Source of the DNA: an uncultured Mesohalobacter sp.
Lineage (GTDB): Bacteria > Bacteroidota > Bacteroidia > Flavobacteriales > Flavobacteriaceae
NCBI GenBank assembly: GCA_964593755.1
Contig: CAZQKB010000012.1
Location: forward strand, 14,665 to 78,664
Direction of reading: 5' to 3'
DNA: 64,000 nt
Positions within the stretch are counted from its first letter, which is position 1. Each line of letters opens with the position of its first letter. A program made the position numbers and the translations under genes. Of this stretch, positions 1 through 8,358 are shown piece by piece. The notes under the pieces are model-generated. The model ran no database searches, was not told the origin of the DNA, and worked only from the letters and a program-made list of their open reading frames with translations.

Positions 1-1
1 T

Positions 2-259
2 AAGTCATACGAATGCATATTAAAATTTGTTCGTAAAGAAAAAAAGCTTGTTCCTAAAAACTATTACAGAAATCTATGGATTGCCATTGGGATGTCGAGC
101 TTTGGTGTACCTATAGGCGTAGCTTTTGGGTTATCTTTGGATAACATGGCATTTTTAGGGGTTGGGCTGCCTATTGGAATGGTAATTGGAATGGCCGTTG
201 GAGCAAGCATGGATAATAAGTCACAAAAAGAAGGGAAACAACTGGATATTGATATTTAA
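2..259 (+). CDS. Partial (5'-truncated by window) conserved membrane protein
   Basis: Open frame from window start: KSYECILKFVRKEKKLVPKNYYRNLWIAIGMSSFGVPIGVAFG...GLPIGMVIGMAVGASMDNKSQKEGKQLDIDI*. Two Gly-rich hydrophobic segments. Translated by hand, not in the ORF track. Confidence 0.8.
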   Translation, partial: KSYECILKFVRKEKKLVPKNYYRNLWIAIGMSSFGVPIGVAFGLSLDNMAFLGVGLPIGMVIGMAVGASMDNKSQKEGKQLDIDI

Positions 260-583
260 GAACCTTTTGAAGATGAAAGTCTTTTTTATAATCAACAAAA
301 TAATATTATGGCTTTGGCCTGGTCTCCAATAGGCGGTATATTTAAGATGAATGAAGACTCAAAACTAAACAAACACCTCGATTTACTCGCAGACAAGTAT
401 AGCTGTTCGAAATCTCAAATAGCTTTATCCTGGTTAATGGGTCATCCCGCAAAAATCTATCCTGTGCTTGGCACTTCAAAACCGGAACGTATTAAAGAAT
501 CAATAGATAGTATTGAGATAAGTTTAGAACTTCAGGATTAGTTTTTACTTTACAAATGTGCCAGAGAGAAAGCAGTTGATTAG
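260..583 (+). pseudogene. Aldo/keto reductase (YdhF/YcsN-like) C-terminal remnant
   Basis: EPFEDESLFYNQQNNIMALAWSPIGG...SQIALSWLMGHPAKIYPVLGTSKPERI...LELQD*FLLYKCAREKAVD*. These are AKR C-terminal motifs. The N-terminal two thirds are missing, and a TAG at 539-541 sits where W is expected. Confidence 0.8.
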
Positions 584-601
584 AACTAAAGTTGCATTGA
601 A

Positions 602-1261
602 ATGAATAAACCATCTAAAAAAACCTGGCCAACTAAAGCCGCTATGCAACAAATTTATGAGCTAAATCTTTGGGGCAAACAAGGTGTTGATTTTTATTCA
701 GGTGATGGTTCTCATAATCCTAAACTGGTATACCCATATATTGATCAGGTCTGCAAATTCCTGAAAGCGTTTAAAGCGCCTATTTCTGTTTGTGATCTAG
801 GCTGTGGTGATTTTAATGTTGGTAGGCAGTTGATAGAATTTACGCAGGAATATACTGCTGTTGACATTGTTCCGGAGCTTATATCTCATCTTGAAACTTC
901 ATTCAAGACGCCAAATTTAAATTTTCTTAGCTTAGACATCGCCAAAGACCAACTCCCAGAAGCAGACTGTGCCATTCTTAGACAAGTCCTTCAACATCTT
1001 TCTAATGATGAAATCATTGAGATAACCAAGAAATTAAACTTATATCAGTTTATAATATTGACTGAACATCTACCTACTGGCGATTTTATTCCGAATAAAG
1101 ATATCATTTCCGGACAAGGTATTCGACTTAAAAAACAAAGTGGAGTCGATTTATTAGAAGCGCCTTTCAATTTGAAAGTTAAGTCTCAGAGAACTTTACT
1201 TTCAATACCTCTTGAAGCCAAAAAAGGTAAAATTGAAACGGTTTTATATAAAATGTGGTAA
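602..1261 (+). CDS. Class I SAM-dependent methyltransferase
   Basis: VCDLGCGDF motif I, followed by acidic AVDIV and LRQVLQHL. Confidence 0.85.
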   Translation: MNKPSKKTWPTKAAMQQIYELNLWGKQGVDFYSGDGSHNPKLVYPYIDQVCKFLKAFKAPISVCDLGCGDFNVGRQLIEFTQEYTAVDIVPELISHLETSFKTPNLNFLSLDIAKDQLPEADCAILRQVLQHLSNDEIIEITKKLNLYQFIILTEHLPTGDFIPNKDIISGQGIRLKKQSGVDLLEAPFNLKVKSQRTLLSIPLEAKKGKIETVLYKMW

Positions 1262-1410
1262 ACAGAGAAATAAATACCAGTATTATATTTGGTCTAGTCT
1301 TAAAGTCTTTTTTAAATATGGCTTTTTAGGAAATTTTCTTCATGGTTAGTGGAATTTCTACTAACACAAACATGGATAAAATAAGAAGCCAATGGTTGAA
1401 AAATCAAAAA

Positions 1411-3741
1411 TCAATCCGTATAATTCAATCTAAATCTGCGTTGAAGCCTTTCTCCATCTTCAGTCACGATAGTCAATACATGTTCACCGGCTTCCGGCTG
1501 AAAATTCATATTGTGGAAATATTGGGTTGAGCCTATATATTGATCATTCAAGTGCCAATACAGTACTTTATCCTGAGCATAAGCTGCTTTAAAGACTACT
1601 TCAGAAGTTTCTCCTTCAAGTGTTTTGGGAAGAATGATATCCTGATAGGGTTCAGGGTAAATTAAAGCCATACCTTCTTTAGTTTGCGATTTGCAATCGG
1701 GGTGAAAATCCGGTAGGGCTTTATAATCAGGATGCTGCTTTTCATAGTAATAGCTAATGATGGATGGTAAAACAAACCAGGAAGTAGTTATCATATTGTT
1801 TTGAAAACCGCAATTTAAATTGACCTGATAGTTTTTGTCCTGACTCAAATTGACAATCTTATGGTATGGACATGGCTTGAGCTTAAGTGTCGTATTTGGA
1901 ATATCTGTTTCAAAAGTTGAAGGACAATTTAGAGACGCTATAGATCCACTTTTTTCACAAACCTCAATAATTTTCATACCATAAATCGGTTTTTCAAACC
2001 AGGTTGATTTTGAAGGTAAGTTTTCAAAAACTGAAAACATCAAAGGTGCGGCTGCATTAACGCCAACCAATTCGGGTCGTCCGGTACCGTCTGCATTGCC
2101 AATCCAAACACCAACCACATAATCGGGCGTAATACCAATAGACCAGGCATCTTTAAACCCGTAACTTGTTCCTGTTTTCCAGGCGATTTTTTTGCTGTTG
2201 GCAAAAGCTTTCCAGCCTGCATCAAGCCCCGGACGTTCGAGACCGGTCATAGCTTCAAACATCAGGTAAATCGAAGCCGGGCTTAGGATTTGTGATGAAG
2301 ATTTGACATTCGTCGCAGAATGGTTTTTAAATATGTTCAGGTCTGAGAATTCTTTTGTTAATGTACCATCATTTGGTGGTGCTTTGAGTTGCATGGCCAG
2401 ATTGGTATACATTCGTGTTAATTCCCAAAGGCTGGATTCTGCACCACCAAGAATAAGCGGCAAACCGTAATGGTCAGCGCTTTTGTCAATACTTTTTAAG
2501 CCAAGCTTTTGGAGCTTATTGAGGAAACGTTCAATGCCGTAATTTTTCAGTAACCTAACCGCAGGTACGTTAAGCGATTTTTGGATAAACACATCGGCCT
2601 TAACAGCACCTTGAAAATTCTTATTGAAATTTTGAGGCGCATAATTATCAAAATGTATGGGCGTATCCTGCACCAACTGTTCCGGCAGAAGCTCACCGTC
2701 TTCCAGCATACTACCGTATAAAATAGGTTTGAGTAAACTGCCTGTACTTCGTTGACTTCTCAGCATATCCACATAGTAAAATGGCGCTTGACTGAAAGTT
2801 GAATTTGCCGTATAGGCTAAAACTTCACCAGTATTGACATCAGTGACAATAACAGCGGCATTGTAAACCTGGTTATTTTTCCAAATATTAAGGTGTTTAG
2901 CCACCTGAGCATTGACTTCTTTTTGGGTGTTATAGTCAATCGTGGTTTGCTTTTGACTAATCTCAGATGTTTGTCTGATCCATTCGGTAAGATGAGGTGA
3001 ATGGTTGGGTAAATCCATAGCTTTACCGGGCAAGTCTTCAAGCAATGCCAGTTTGTAGGTCAATGAATCTATGATCTCATTGTGGTAAAGTTTTTTGAGT
3101 AATCGGTCTCGTTTTGATCTGAAAATAAGCTCATTTTTTCCTGGGAAAACCAAAGACGGTGCATTGGGTAAAACGGCCAGGGCTGCCGACTGAGACCAGC
3201 TCAATTCTTTAGCAGGTAGATTATAGTAACGCCAGGAAGCTGTCTCAAGACCTACAACATTTCCTCCAAAAGGCGCATAAGTCGCATAAAATTTGAGGAT
3301 TTCATCTTTAGAATAATGCGCCTCCAGACTGGTCGCCAAAAAAAGTTCTATGAGCTTTTCAAGATAGGTTCTGGGCTTATTTTTTCGCGATAACCTGATG
3401 ACCTGTTGACTTAGGGTACTTCCACCTCTTTTGGTATCTGCGGTGAGGTTATGCCATAAAGCTTTACCCATAGAAACAGGATTAAACCCAAAATGGACAT
3501 CAAAATATTCATCTTCAAAATAGATGATGCTGGCTTTGAATTTTTCCGGGACGCTATCGCTTGCCGGAAATCGCCATTGTCCATCTGAAGCCACTCTGGC
3601 GCCGAGAAGTTTGTCTTCTTTGCTCCAAACTACAGTTGATAATGGGGTTTTAAATAGTGGTTTGGGTAAGGCATACCACCATAGTAATCCTAATATCAGA
3701 ATTATAACTATTACAATGTATTTTTTTTTTGGTTTGGGCAT
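1411..3741 (-). CDS. pbpC: Penicillin-binding protein 1C
   Basis: N-terminal TM, DGQWRF, transglycosylase EDxxF/GGSTLSQQ, transpeptidase SLLK/SLN/KTG, and a C-terminal PBP1C extension. Confidence 0.93.
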   Translation of the reverse strand: MPKPKKKYIVIVIILILGLLWWYALPKPLFKTPLSTVVWSKEDKLLGARVASDGQWRFPASDSVPEKFKASIIYFEDEYFDVHFGFNPVSMGKALWHNLTADTKRGGSTLSQQVIRLSRKNKPRTYLEKLIELFLATSLEAHYSKDEILKFYATYAPFGGNVVGLETASWRYYNLPAKELSWSQSAALAVLPNAPSLVFPGKNELIFRSKRDRLLKKLYHNEIIDSLTYKLALLEDLPGKAMDLPNHSPHLTEWIRQTSEISQKQTTIDYNTQKEVNAQVAKHLNIWKNNQVYNAAVIVTDVNTGEVLAYTANSTFSQAPFYYVDMLRSQRSTGSLLKPILYGSMLEDGELLPEQLVQDTPIHFDNYAPQNFNKNFQGAVKADVFIQKSLNVPAVRLLKNYGIERFLNKLQKLGLKSIDKSADHYGLPLILGGAESSLWELTRMYTNLAMQLKAPPNDGTLTKEFSDLNIFKNHSATNVKSSSQILSPASIYLMFEAMTGLERPGLDAGWKAFANSKKIAWKTGTSYGFKDAWSIGITPDYVVGVWIGNADGTGRPELVGVNAAAPLMFSVFENLPSKSTWFEKPIYGMKIIEVCEKSGSIASLNCPSTFETDIPNTTLKLKPCPYHKIVNLSQDKNYQVNLNCGFQNNMITTSWFVLPSIISYYYEKQHPDYKALPDFHPDCKSQTKEGMALIYPEPYQDIILPKTLEGETSEVVFKAAYAQDKVLYWHLNDQYIGSTQYFHNMNFQPEAGEHVLTIVTEDGERLQRRFRLNYTD

Positions 3742-3908
3742 TGGATTAATCTTTGGAGCTCATTGATTGGTTTAGTTTAGATCTTACAGGTTTACCTCCA
3801 AAGGCGGAAAAAGTTAATAACTGTTAAGTATTGAACTATCAATTAAACATATTTTTCAGACCTTTTTATCTTCTTTCTCTAGTTCTAGACCTCAACTTTG
3901 GGGTTTTT

Positions 3909-3971
3909 AAAATAACCTTTTTAAAGTGGCTTGTCATTTTATGATCTCGGACTTCAAGTTCGAGCGATCGG
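3909..3971 (-). repeat. Cassette-end element copy A (palindrome + degenerate terminator)
   Basis: aaaataacctttttaaagtggcttgtcattttatgatctcggacttcaagttcgagcgatcgg aligns with copies at 4563 and 6988. It lies just after the RelE stop. Confidence 0.8.
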
Positions 3972-3977
3972 TTTTGT

Positions 3978-4279
3978 TTAGTACTCTAATGGACTTCTTT
4001 TAATATGTCTAACTCTTACAATAACAATTTCTTTTTTCTTTATTTGATAGGCTACTCTTAAACTATATTTCTTAAAGTCTCTAATATTTCCATTGTTATT
4101 TTAAGATATTTATCTAAAGGATAACATGTTGGAGCTTTGGAAAGAGATTTGGTAATTCCTAATATTTCTATCTTTACTTTTTCTGCAGACTGTACGGACT
4201 CTTCTTTGATGTAGTTATAATGATCTTCTAGAGCTTTCTGAGCTGTTTTACTCCAAACAACTTTTAACTCTTCTACCAT
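3978..4279 (-). pseudogene. RelE/ParE-family toxin, frameshifted
   Basis: MVEELKVVWSKTAQKALEDHYNYIKEES..A.KV...YPLDKYLK, then an A missing in an A-run near 4100. The shifted frame continues NNNGNIRDFKKYSLRVAYQIKKKEIVIVRVRHIKRSPLEY* to 3978. Confidence 0.85.
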
Positions 4280-4503
4280 TCTTTAGCCATTTTTTCTGCT
4301 TCTTCTTGTGTATAAAATTCACCCTTTTCTACTTCAGTAATAGCCTCATCGATTTCTTTATTGTATTGCTCTAAACTATCACGCTCTAAAATTTCTTCAT
4401 CACTGTAGGTTTTAGCCATAGCTTTTACAAGTTTTAAAAACCTATCATCTGCTTTATACTTGATATAGTCTAAAACACTTTTTCTCAAATCTATAGATTC
4501 CAT
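4273..4503 (-). CDS. Putative type II antitoxin (partner of RelE/ParE)
   Basis: 76 aa, acidic, ends EIDEAITEVEKGEFYTQEEAEKMAKEW and overlaps the toxin start. Confidence 0.8.
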   Translation of the reverse strand: MESIDLRKSVLDYIKYKADDRFLKLVKAMAKTYSDEEILERDSLEQYNKEIDEAITEVEKGEFYTQEEAEKMAKEW

Positions 4504-4562
4504 AACAATATTATGATTGGTATCGCTAATTTACAAAATTTGATCATAACTAATTCTGAATA

Positions 4563-4629
4563 TAAAAAACACCTCAAAAAAGGTGGCTCATCACTTTAAA
4601 ATCTCGAACTACAGGTCAGAGCTATCGGG
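4563..4629 (-). repeat. Cassette-end element copy B
   Basis: cacctcaaaaaaggtggctcatcactttaaaatctcgaactacaggtcagagctatcggg, 49/60 identical to copy C. It supplies the stop codon of the 4622-4996 gene. Confidence 0.85.
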
Positions 4630-4996
4630 CAGAAAACTGCATATTAATAATGGTGTCTAGTCCTTCTCGTTTTAAATGAATATTTAATTTACCGGATTCT
4701 TTATTTAATGTGTCTCCGACCTCAATTAAATTAAAAAGCCCGCCTTTTTCCCAGTCCAATATAACCACTTCTTCTTTTCCATTATCATTCAAAATAATTT
4801 TATGGTATCCATGTTCTTTGACATCTATATATCTTTTAGTAACTATTCCAGAGAATTCTTTAGCTTTATAGACATCAATAACTTCTTCAAGACTTCTTTT
4901 AGGACTTGGAACCTCAGCAGAAAACCAGTATATAACTCCAAAAAAACCTATAATAGCAGAGATTTTCCAAATCTTAAAAAATGTTTTTTTTTGCAT
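4622..4996 (-). CDS. Putative immunity protein for Rhs tip 2 (N-terminal TM anchor)
   Basis: 124 aa, single N-terminal TM. Starts 6 bp after the reconstructed Rhs tip stop. Function inferred from position only. Confidence 0.6.
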   Translation of the reverse strand: MQKKTFFKIWKISAIIGFFGVIYWFSAEVPSPKRSLEEVIDVYKAKEFSGIVTKRYIDVKEHGYHKIILNDNGKEEVVILDWEKGGLFNLIEVGDTLNKESGKLNIHLKREGLDTIINMQFSAR

Positions 4997-5002
4997 TTAA
5001 TT

Positions 5003-5977
5003 CTATTTTTTAGGAATATATGTTTTAGTTAGCCAATTTATATAACCTAAATCTGCTCCTATACCGATTGAACCCGAATAGTACCTAAAGTAAATCACTT
5101 CTAAAGGCTGCATCACTTACCCCTGTTGAGTCACCAACTGGACCAATTCCAAGTCCTACTTCAAAACCTTGTCCTCTAAGGTTTGATCGGTAAATATAAT
5201 CAGTAGAGATTGTAGATGTTTTCAAAGCTTGGAAAGCTTCTAGTTGTGCCCCAAAGGCAAATCCTGATTCATAAGTAGCTTTTGTAGTCAAATAAGATGT
5301 GCTACCATCTCTGTCAGATAATATTCCAAAATCAACGCCTAGGCCATATGGGTCTGTATCTCTAAACCGAAAAGGAAAAGCAACTTCAAAGCTTACACCA
5401 AAACCATGTACCCCGTATTCATGATGCAAATGTGCATCATTGGCTATTATATCCCATTGTGACTTTCTTGAAGAAATCCTGCTTAAAGATTTTTGCACCT
5501 GTGTAGCTACTTCTTTTTTGGCATTATTTTCAGATGACTTATCACCTACTGTAATCGTTACTTCATCTAATTGTTCCGCAAAATCATCTGATATAACAAT
5601 ATGTTCTGTTAGTTCTTGAACACTAGCATGTTGATTTCTGCTTAAATGTTGTATAAAAGCATTTATTTCACTTTGATCGGTTAGTATATATTCTCCATTC
5701 GAGCCAATTTCATATAGACCACTTGAATCACTATAAAGTATTGGGTTATTAAAACCAAATCGATAAGGTGTTAGGGAAGTAGCAAATTCTGCCAGTCTAT
5801 CCATACAATAAAACCTACCAATTGCAGTATCATATTGTCTAAAAGTCATTTCCTGAACATTTAAATTCAATGACTCATCAAACTGCTGTCCGTTAAATGT
5901 AAACTTCTGCCCAATACTTGTGGAAGTTGCTACACTATTATACCCTTTATGTTCAAGCCCAAAAGGATAGTAGTTTA
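5003..5977 (-). pseudogene. Orphan Rhs core C-terminus + toxin tip 2, frameshifted near its C-terminus
   Basis: NYYPFGLEHKGYN...FNGQQ...RQYDTAIGRF...TPYRFGFNNPILYSDSSGL is the Rhs-associated core signature. No Rhs body upstream. The ORF stops at 5085, but another frame continues FRYYSGSIGIGADLGYINWLTKTYIPKK* to 5003. Confidence 0.85.
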
Positions 5978-6100
5978 TGCATTTTTTTTCCGCATAGTGC
6001 CTTTTTTCAGAGTATACTATCTCTAGAAAAATACAAAAATCAGTATCGAGTTTATGCCACCCCATGGTGGTGTAAAGGTATTTATTTTTCTCTTAATTAG

Positions 6101-6120
6101 GGCTTTAGTCGTCTTCAAAA
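6101..6120. repeat. 20-bp direct repeat, copy 1
   Basis: ggctttagtcgtcttcaaaa, 18/20 identical to 6944-6963. Confidence 0.65.
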
Positions 6121-6222
6121 AAAAACCTAATTTCCGCCCCCATGATAAAAGGGCAAAGGCAAGAAAACAGTCCATACGATTCTGTCAGGATTGTTTTTTG
6201 AGTGGTGAGATTATTTGTTTTT

Positions 6223-6567
6223 CTAACTTCGTTTTGTTTTCTTGTTGGGATTTTGTCGGGTTGGGAAAAAATCGGTAACGTAAACTGTTCTTTTAGCTTC
6301 GTCAATGAAGTAGATGATTTTAACCGTGTTTCGTTTGGTTACGTGGTAAATTAAAGCTCTAAATTCTTTGTCGTAACGCGCCAAGTCTTCTTCTAAACGT
6401 CCTCTTTCAGGATTGTTCTTTAAAGACATCGCCAGATTTATAATATCATCTTATTTTTTATTAGCACTTCCTACACTATGAGATTCGTATAAATGCGATA
6501 ATAAATTCCAGTAATACTGCTCGGCATTTGAGGTGATCTCTACTATATAGCTTGTTTGCTCTTCCAA
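6223..6567 (-). pseudogene. ParE/RelE-family toxin with internal stop
   Basis: TTG start overlapping the antitoxin end: MEEQTSYIVEITSNAEQYYWNLLSHLYESHSVGSANKK*DDIINLAMSLKNNPERG...FRALIY...KIIYFIDEAKRTVYVTDFFPTRQNP. In-frame TAA at 6451-6453. Confidence 0.85.
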
Positions 6568-6785
6568 TGGTCTATATCGGCTTTAAATTCTGTTATAGGT
6601 CTTGTTTCGCCGTTTTCTAATGCTTTTAAAGAGGCTTCCGCACGCTCTTGAAGGTTTGATATATCAGAAGAATAAAATGTATTGGATTCTTCTTCAAAAA
6701 CTTGTTTTAGCTTTAATAGTAGACTTTCTTCTTTTGCCTGTAGTAACAGATGCATTAATTCTAATTTCGTGGTTTCGATATTCAT
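6543..6785 (-). CDS. Putative type II antitoxin
   Basis: MNIETTKLELMHLLLQAKEESLLLKLKQVF...RAEASLKALENGET. TATATTTG -7 box just upstream. Overlaps the toxin gene. Confidence 0.8.
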   Translation of the reverse strand: MNIETTKLELMHLLLQAKEESLLLKLKQVFEEESNTFYSSDISNLQERAEASLKALENGETRPITEFKADIDHWKSKQAI

Positions 6786-6943
6786 AATACTGTCTTTTAT
6801 CATAACAAATATAATGTAATATTTTTGCTTAACTGATTGGATGCAAGGCATTAACAATTTCATGGAAATAGTCTATATCATCGTTAAGGATGATTTCGGG
6901 GTAACTGCAGTAATCTTATCCTAACTTTGATCTTTTTTTTGAA

Positions 6944-6963
6944 GGCTCTAGTCGTCTTCCAAA
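6944..6963. repeat. 20-bp direct repeat, copy 2
   Basis: ggctctagtcgtcttccaaa. Confidence 0.65.
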
Positions 6964-6987
6964 AGAACGTCACTTCGCTTTAGTGCA

Positions 6988-7056
6988 TAAAAAAACCACC
7001 TCAATAAAGGTGGCTTATCACTTTATTATCTCAGACTACAAGTCCGAGTGTTCGGG
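6988..7056 (-). repeat. Cassette-end element copy C (palindrome + intrinsic terminator)
   Basis: Minus strand: CCCGAACA CTCGGACT-TGT-AGTCTGAG ATAATAAAGTGATAA GCCACCT-TTATTG-AGGTGGT TTTTTT. It starts 1 bp after the stop of the 7058-7468 gene. Confidence 0.85.
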
Positions 7057-7057
7057 T

Positions 7058-7468
7058 TTATTTAACCCATCTAAAACCACTATACTTTTCGCTAATCAAT
7101 AATTTTTTATCGCTTTGTAATAATACTTGAAATATATAAAATACTAAAAGCAAAACCCTATCAAAAAGCACTAATGTTGAGTATATTAAAAATGATTTAT
7201 TTAATCTTATTTGTTTACTGAATTTAATTGAAACTCCAAAAAGCTTCATTCCTAAAGTCCTATTAAAATAGAATTCCGTTAATGTATAATATAGAAAATA
7301 AATTAATAATCTAAATAACCAAGGTGTATCAATTTCTAAAAAAGACAGAATTGAACTACTATTTAATATTGAAATCAAAGCAATAATAAATATATAATCT
7401 ATGAACATAATTATTACTTTTGACTTCTTACTTATTTCAATAAGCCCTTTATTTTCATCTATATTCAT
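7058..7468 (-). CDS. RDD-family membrane protein, putative immunity for Rhs tip 1
   Basis: FIDYIFII...YFLYYTLTEFYFNRTLGMKLFG resembles the RDD pattern. ATGA overlap with the reconstructed toxin tip stop. Confidence 0.65.
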   Translation of the reverse strand: MNIDENKGLIEISKKSKVIIMFIDYIFIIALISILNSSSILSFLEIDTPWLFRLLIYFLYYTLTEFYFNRTLGMKLFGVSIKFSKQIRLNKSFLIYSTLVLFDRVLLLVFYIFQVLLQSDKKLLISEKYSGFRWVK

Positions 7469-8353
7469 TTTATTACTTTCTGTTCCTTTTGTTCGCGTTT
7501 CTTTTTTGATTCCTCTTGTAGTTTCGTAAACTTCTCGCTGTTAAACGAAAATGAAATACCTATACCTAATTTTAATTTATTTTCTGCCTCTGGAGGAGAA
7601 ACTTCAGTAATGCCATCGTCATTCTCATTTATATTTTCTGTTACTACTACTCCTTTTTCGCCATTTTTTATTTTTAGCAAATACAGCTACCGAACCTCCT
7701 TCTTTATCTCCATCTTTAATTATAACTCCATCAGCTTTAACAAAGCCACCTTCGCCTTCATTTGTATCAAAATTCTTTGAAGCATAAGCAACCTTTAATT
7801 CGCTTTTTACAGCATCTTTACTATCACCAACACCTGCAAATGCATCTATAGCAGTAAAAGAAAAAGTATTTGTTTTAATATTATATTCAGTTTCTGCTAC
7901 ACTTGCTGTAGCTCCTGTATTTGAAATTTTAGCACCTGCACCTAAAGAGATACTTACAGAAGTAACTGAAATTGATTCCCATGCATTCTTAATAAAATCC
8001 AAACATTCCGGACAATCACCATAAGGATCATTATACCGAATAGGACTATTAAAAGCATACTGATATGGACTCAGACTTTCTTGAGGGCTAGTATCAGCCA
8101 ATGGATCTACACTCTTAAATCTACCTAGTGTATAATCATAAGTTCTAAATATAGTCATGTCAAGATTATGACCTAAATCTAACTGTCGCTCTACCTTAAA
8201 AGATTTACCTTCTTCACCTTGAAAATTCTTATCACTTGTTCCTTGATTGAACTCATAATTCTGTGCTGGGTTCGTAGAAGTTACCACATTATTATACCCT
8301 TTATGTTTAAGTCCAAAGGGGTAGTAGTCATTTCTTCTCAGATTATTCATCAA
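7465..8353 (-). pseudogene. Orphan Rhs core C-terminus + toxin tip 1, frameshifted
   Basis: NDYYPFGLKHKGYNNVV...RTYDYTLGRFKSVDPLAD...SPYQYAFNSPIRYNDPYG. One extra A in an A-run near 7675 splits it into ORFs 7625-8353 and 7465-7680; removing it gives FAKIKNGEKG. Confidence 0.85.
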
Positions 8354-8358
8354 CTATA

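Noticed and set aside
5978..6065. N-terminal extension of the Rhs tip 2 ORF
   Set aside because: Rhs similarity starts only at NYYPFG. The upstream codons look like a fortuitous open frame.
3909..7056. CRISPR array or integron attC sites
   Set aside because: The repeats are separated by 0.6-2.4 kb of genes, not short spacers. They lack RYYYAAC/GTTRRRY ends, and no cas or intI gene is in the window.
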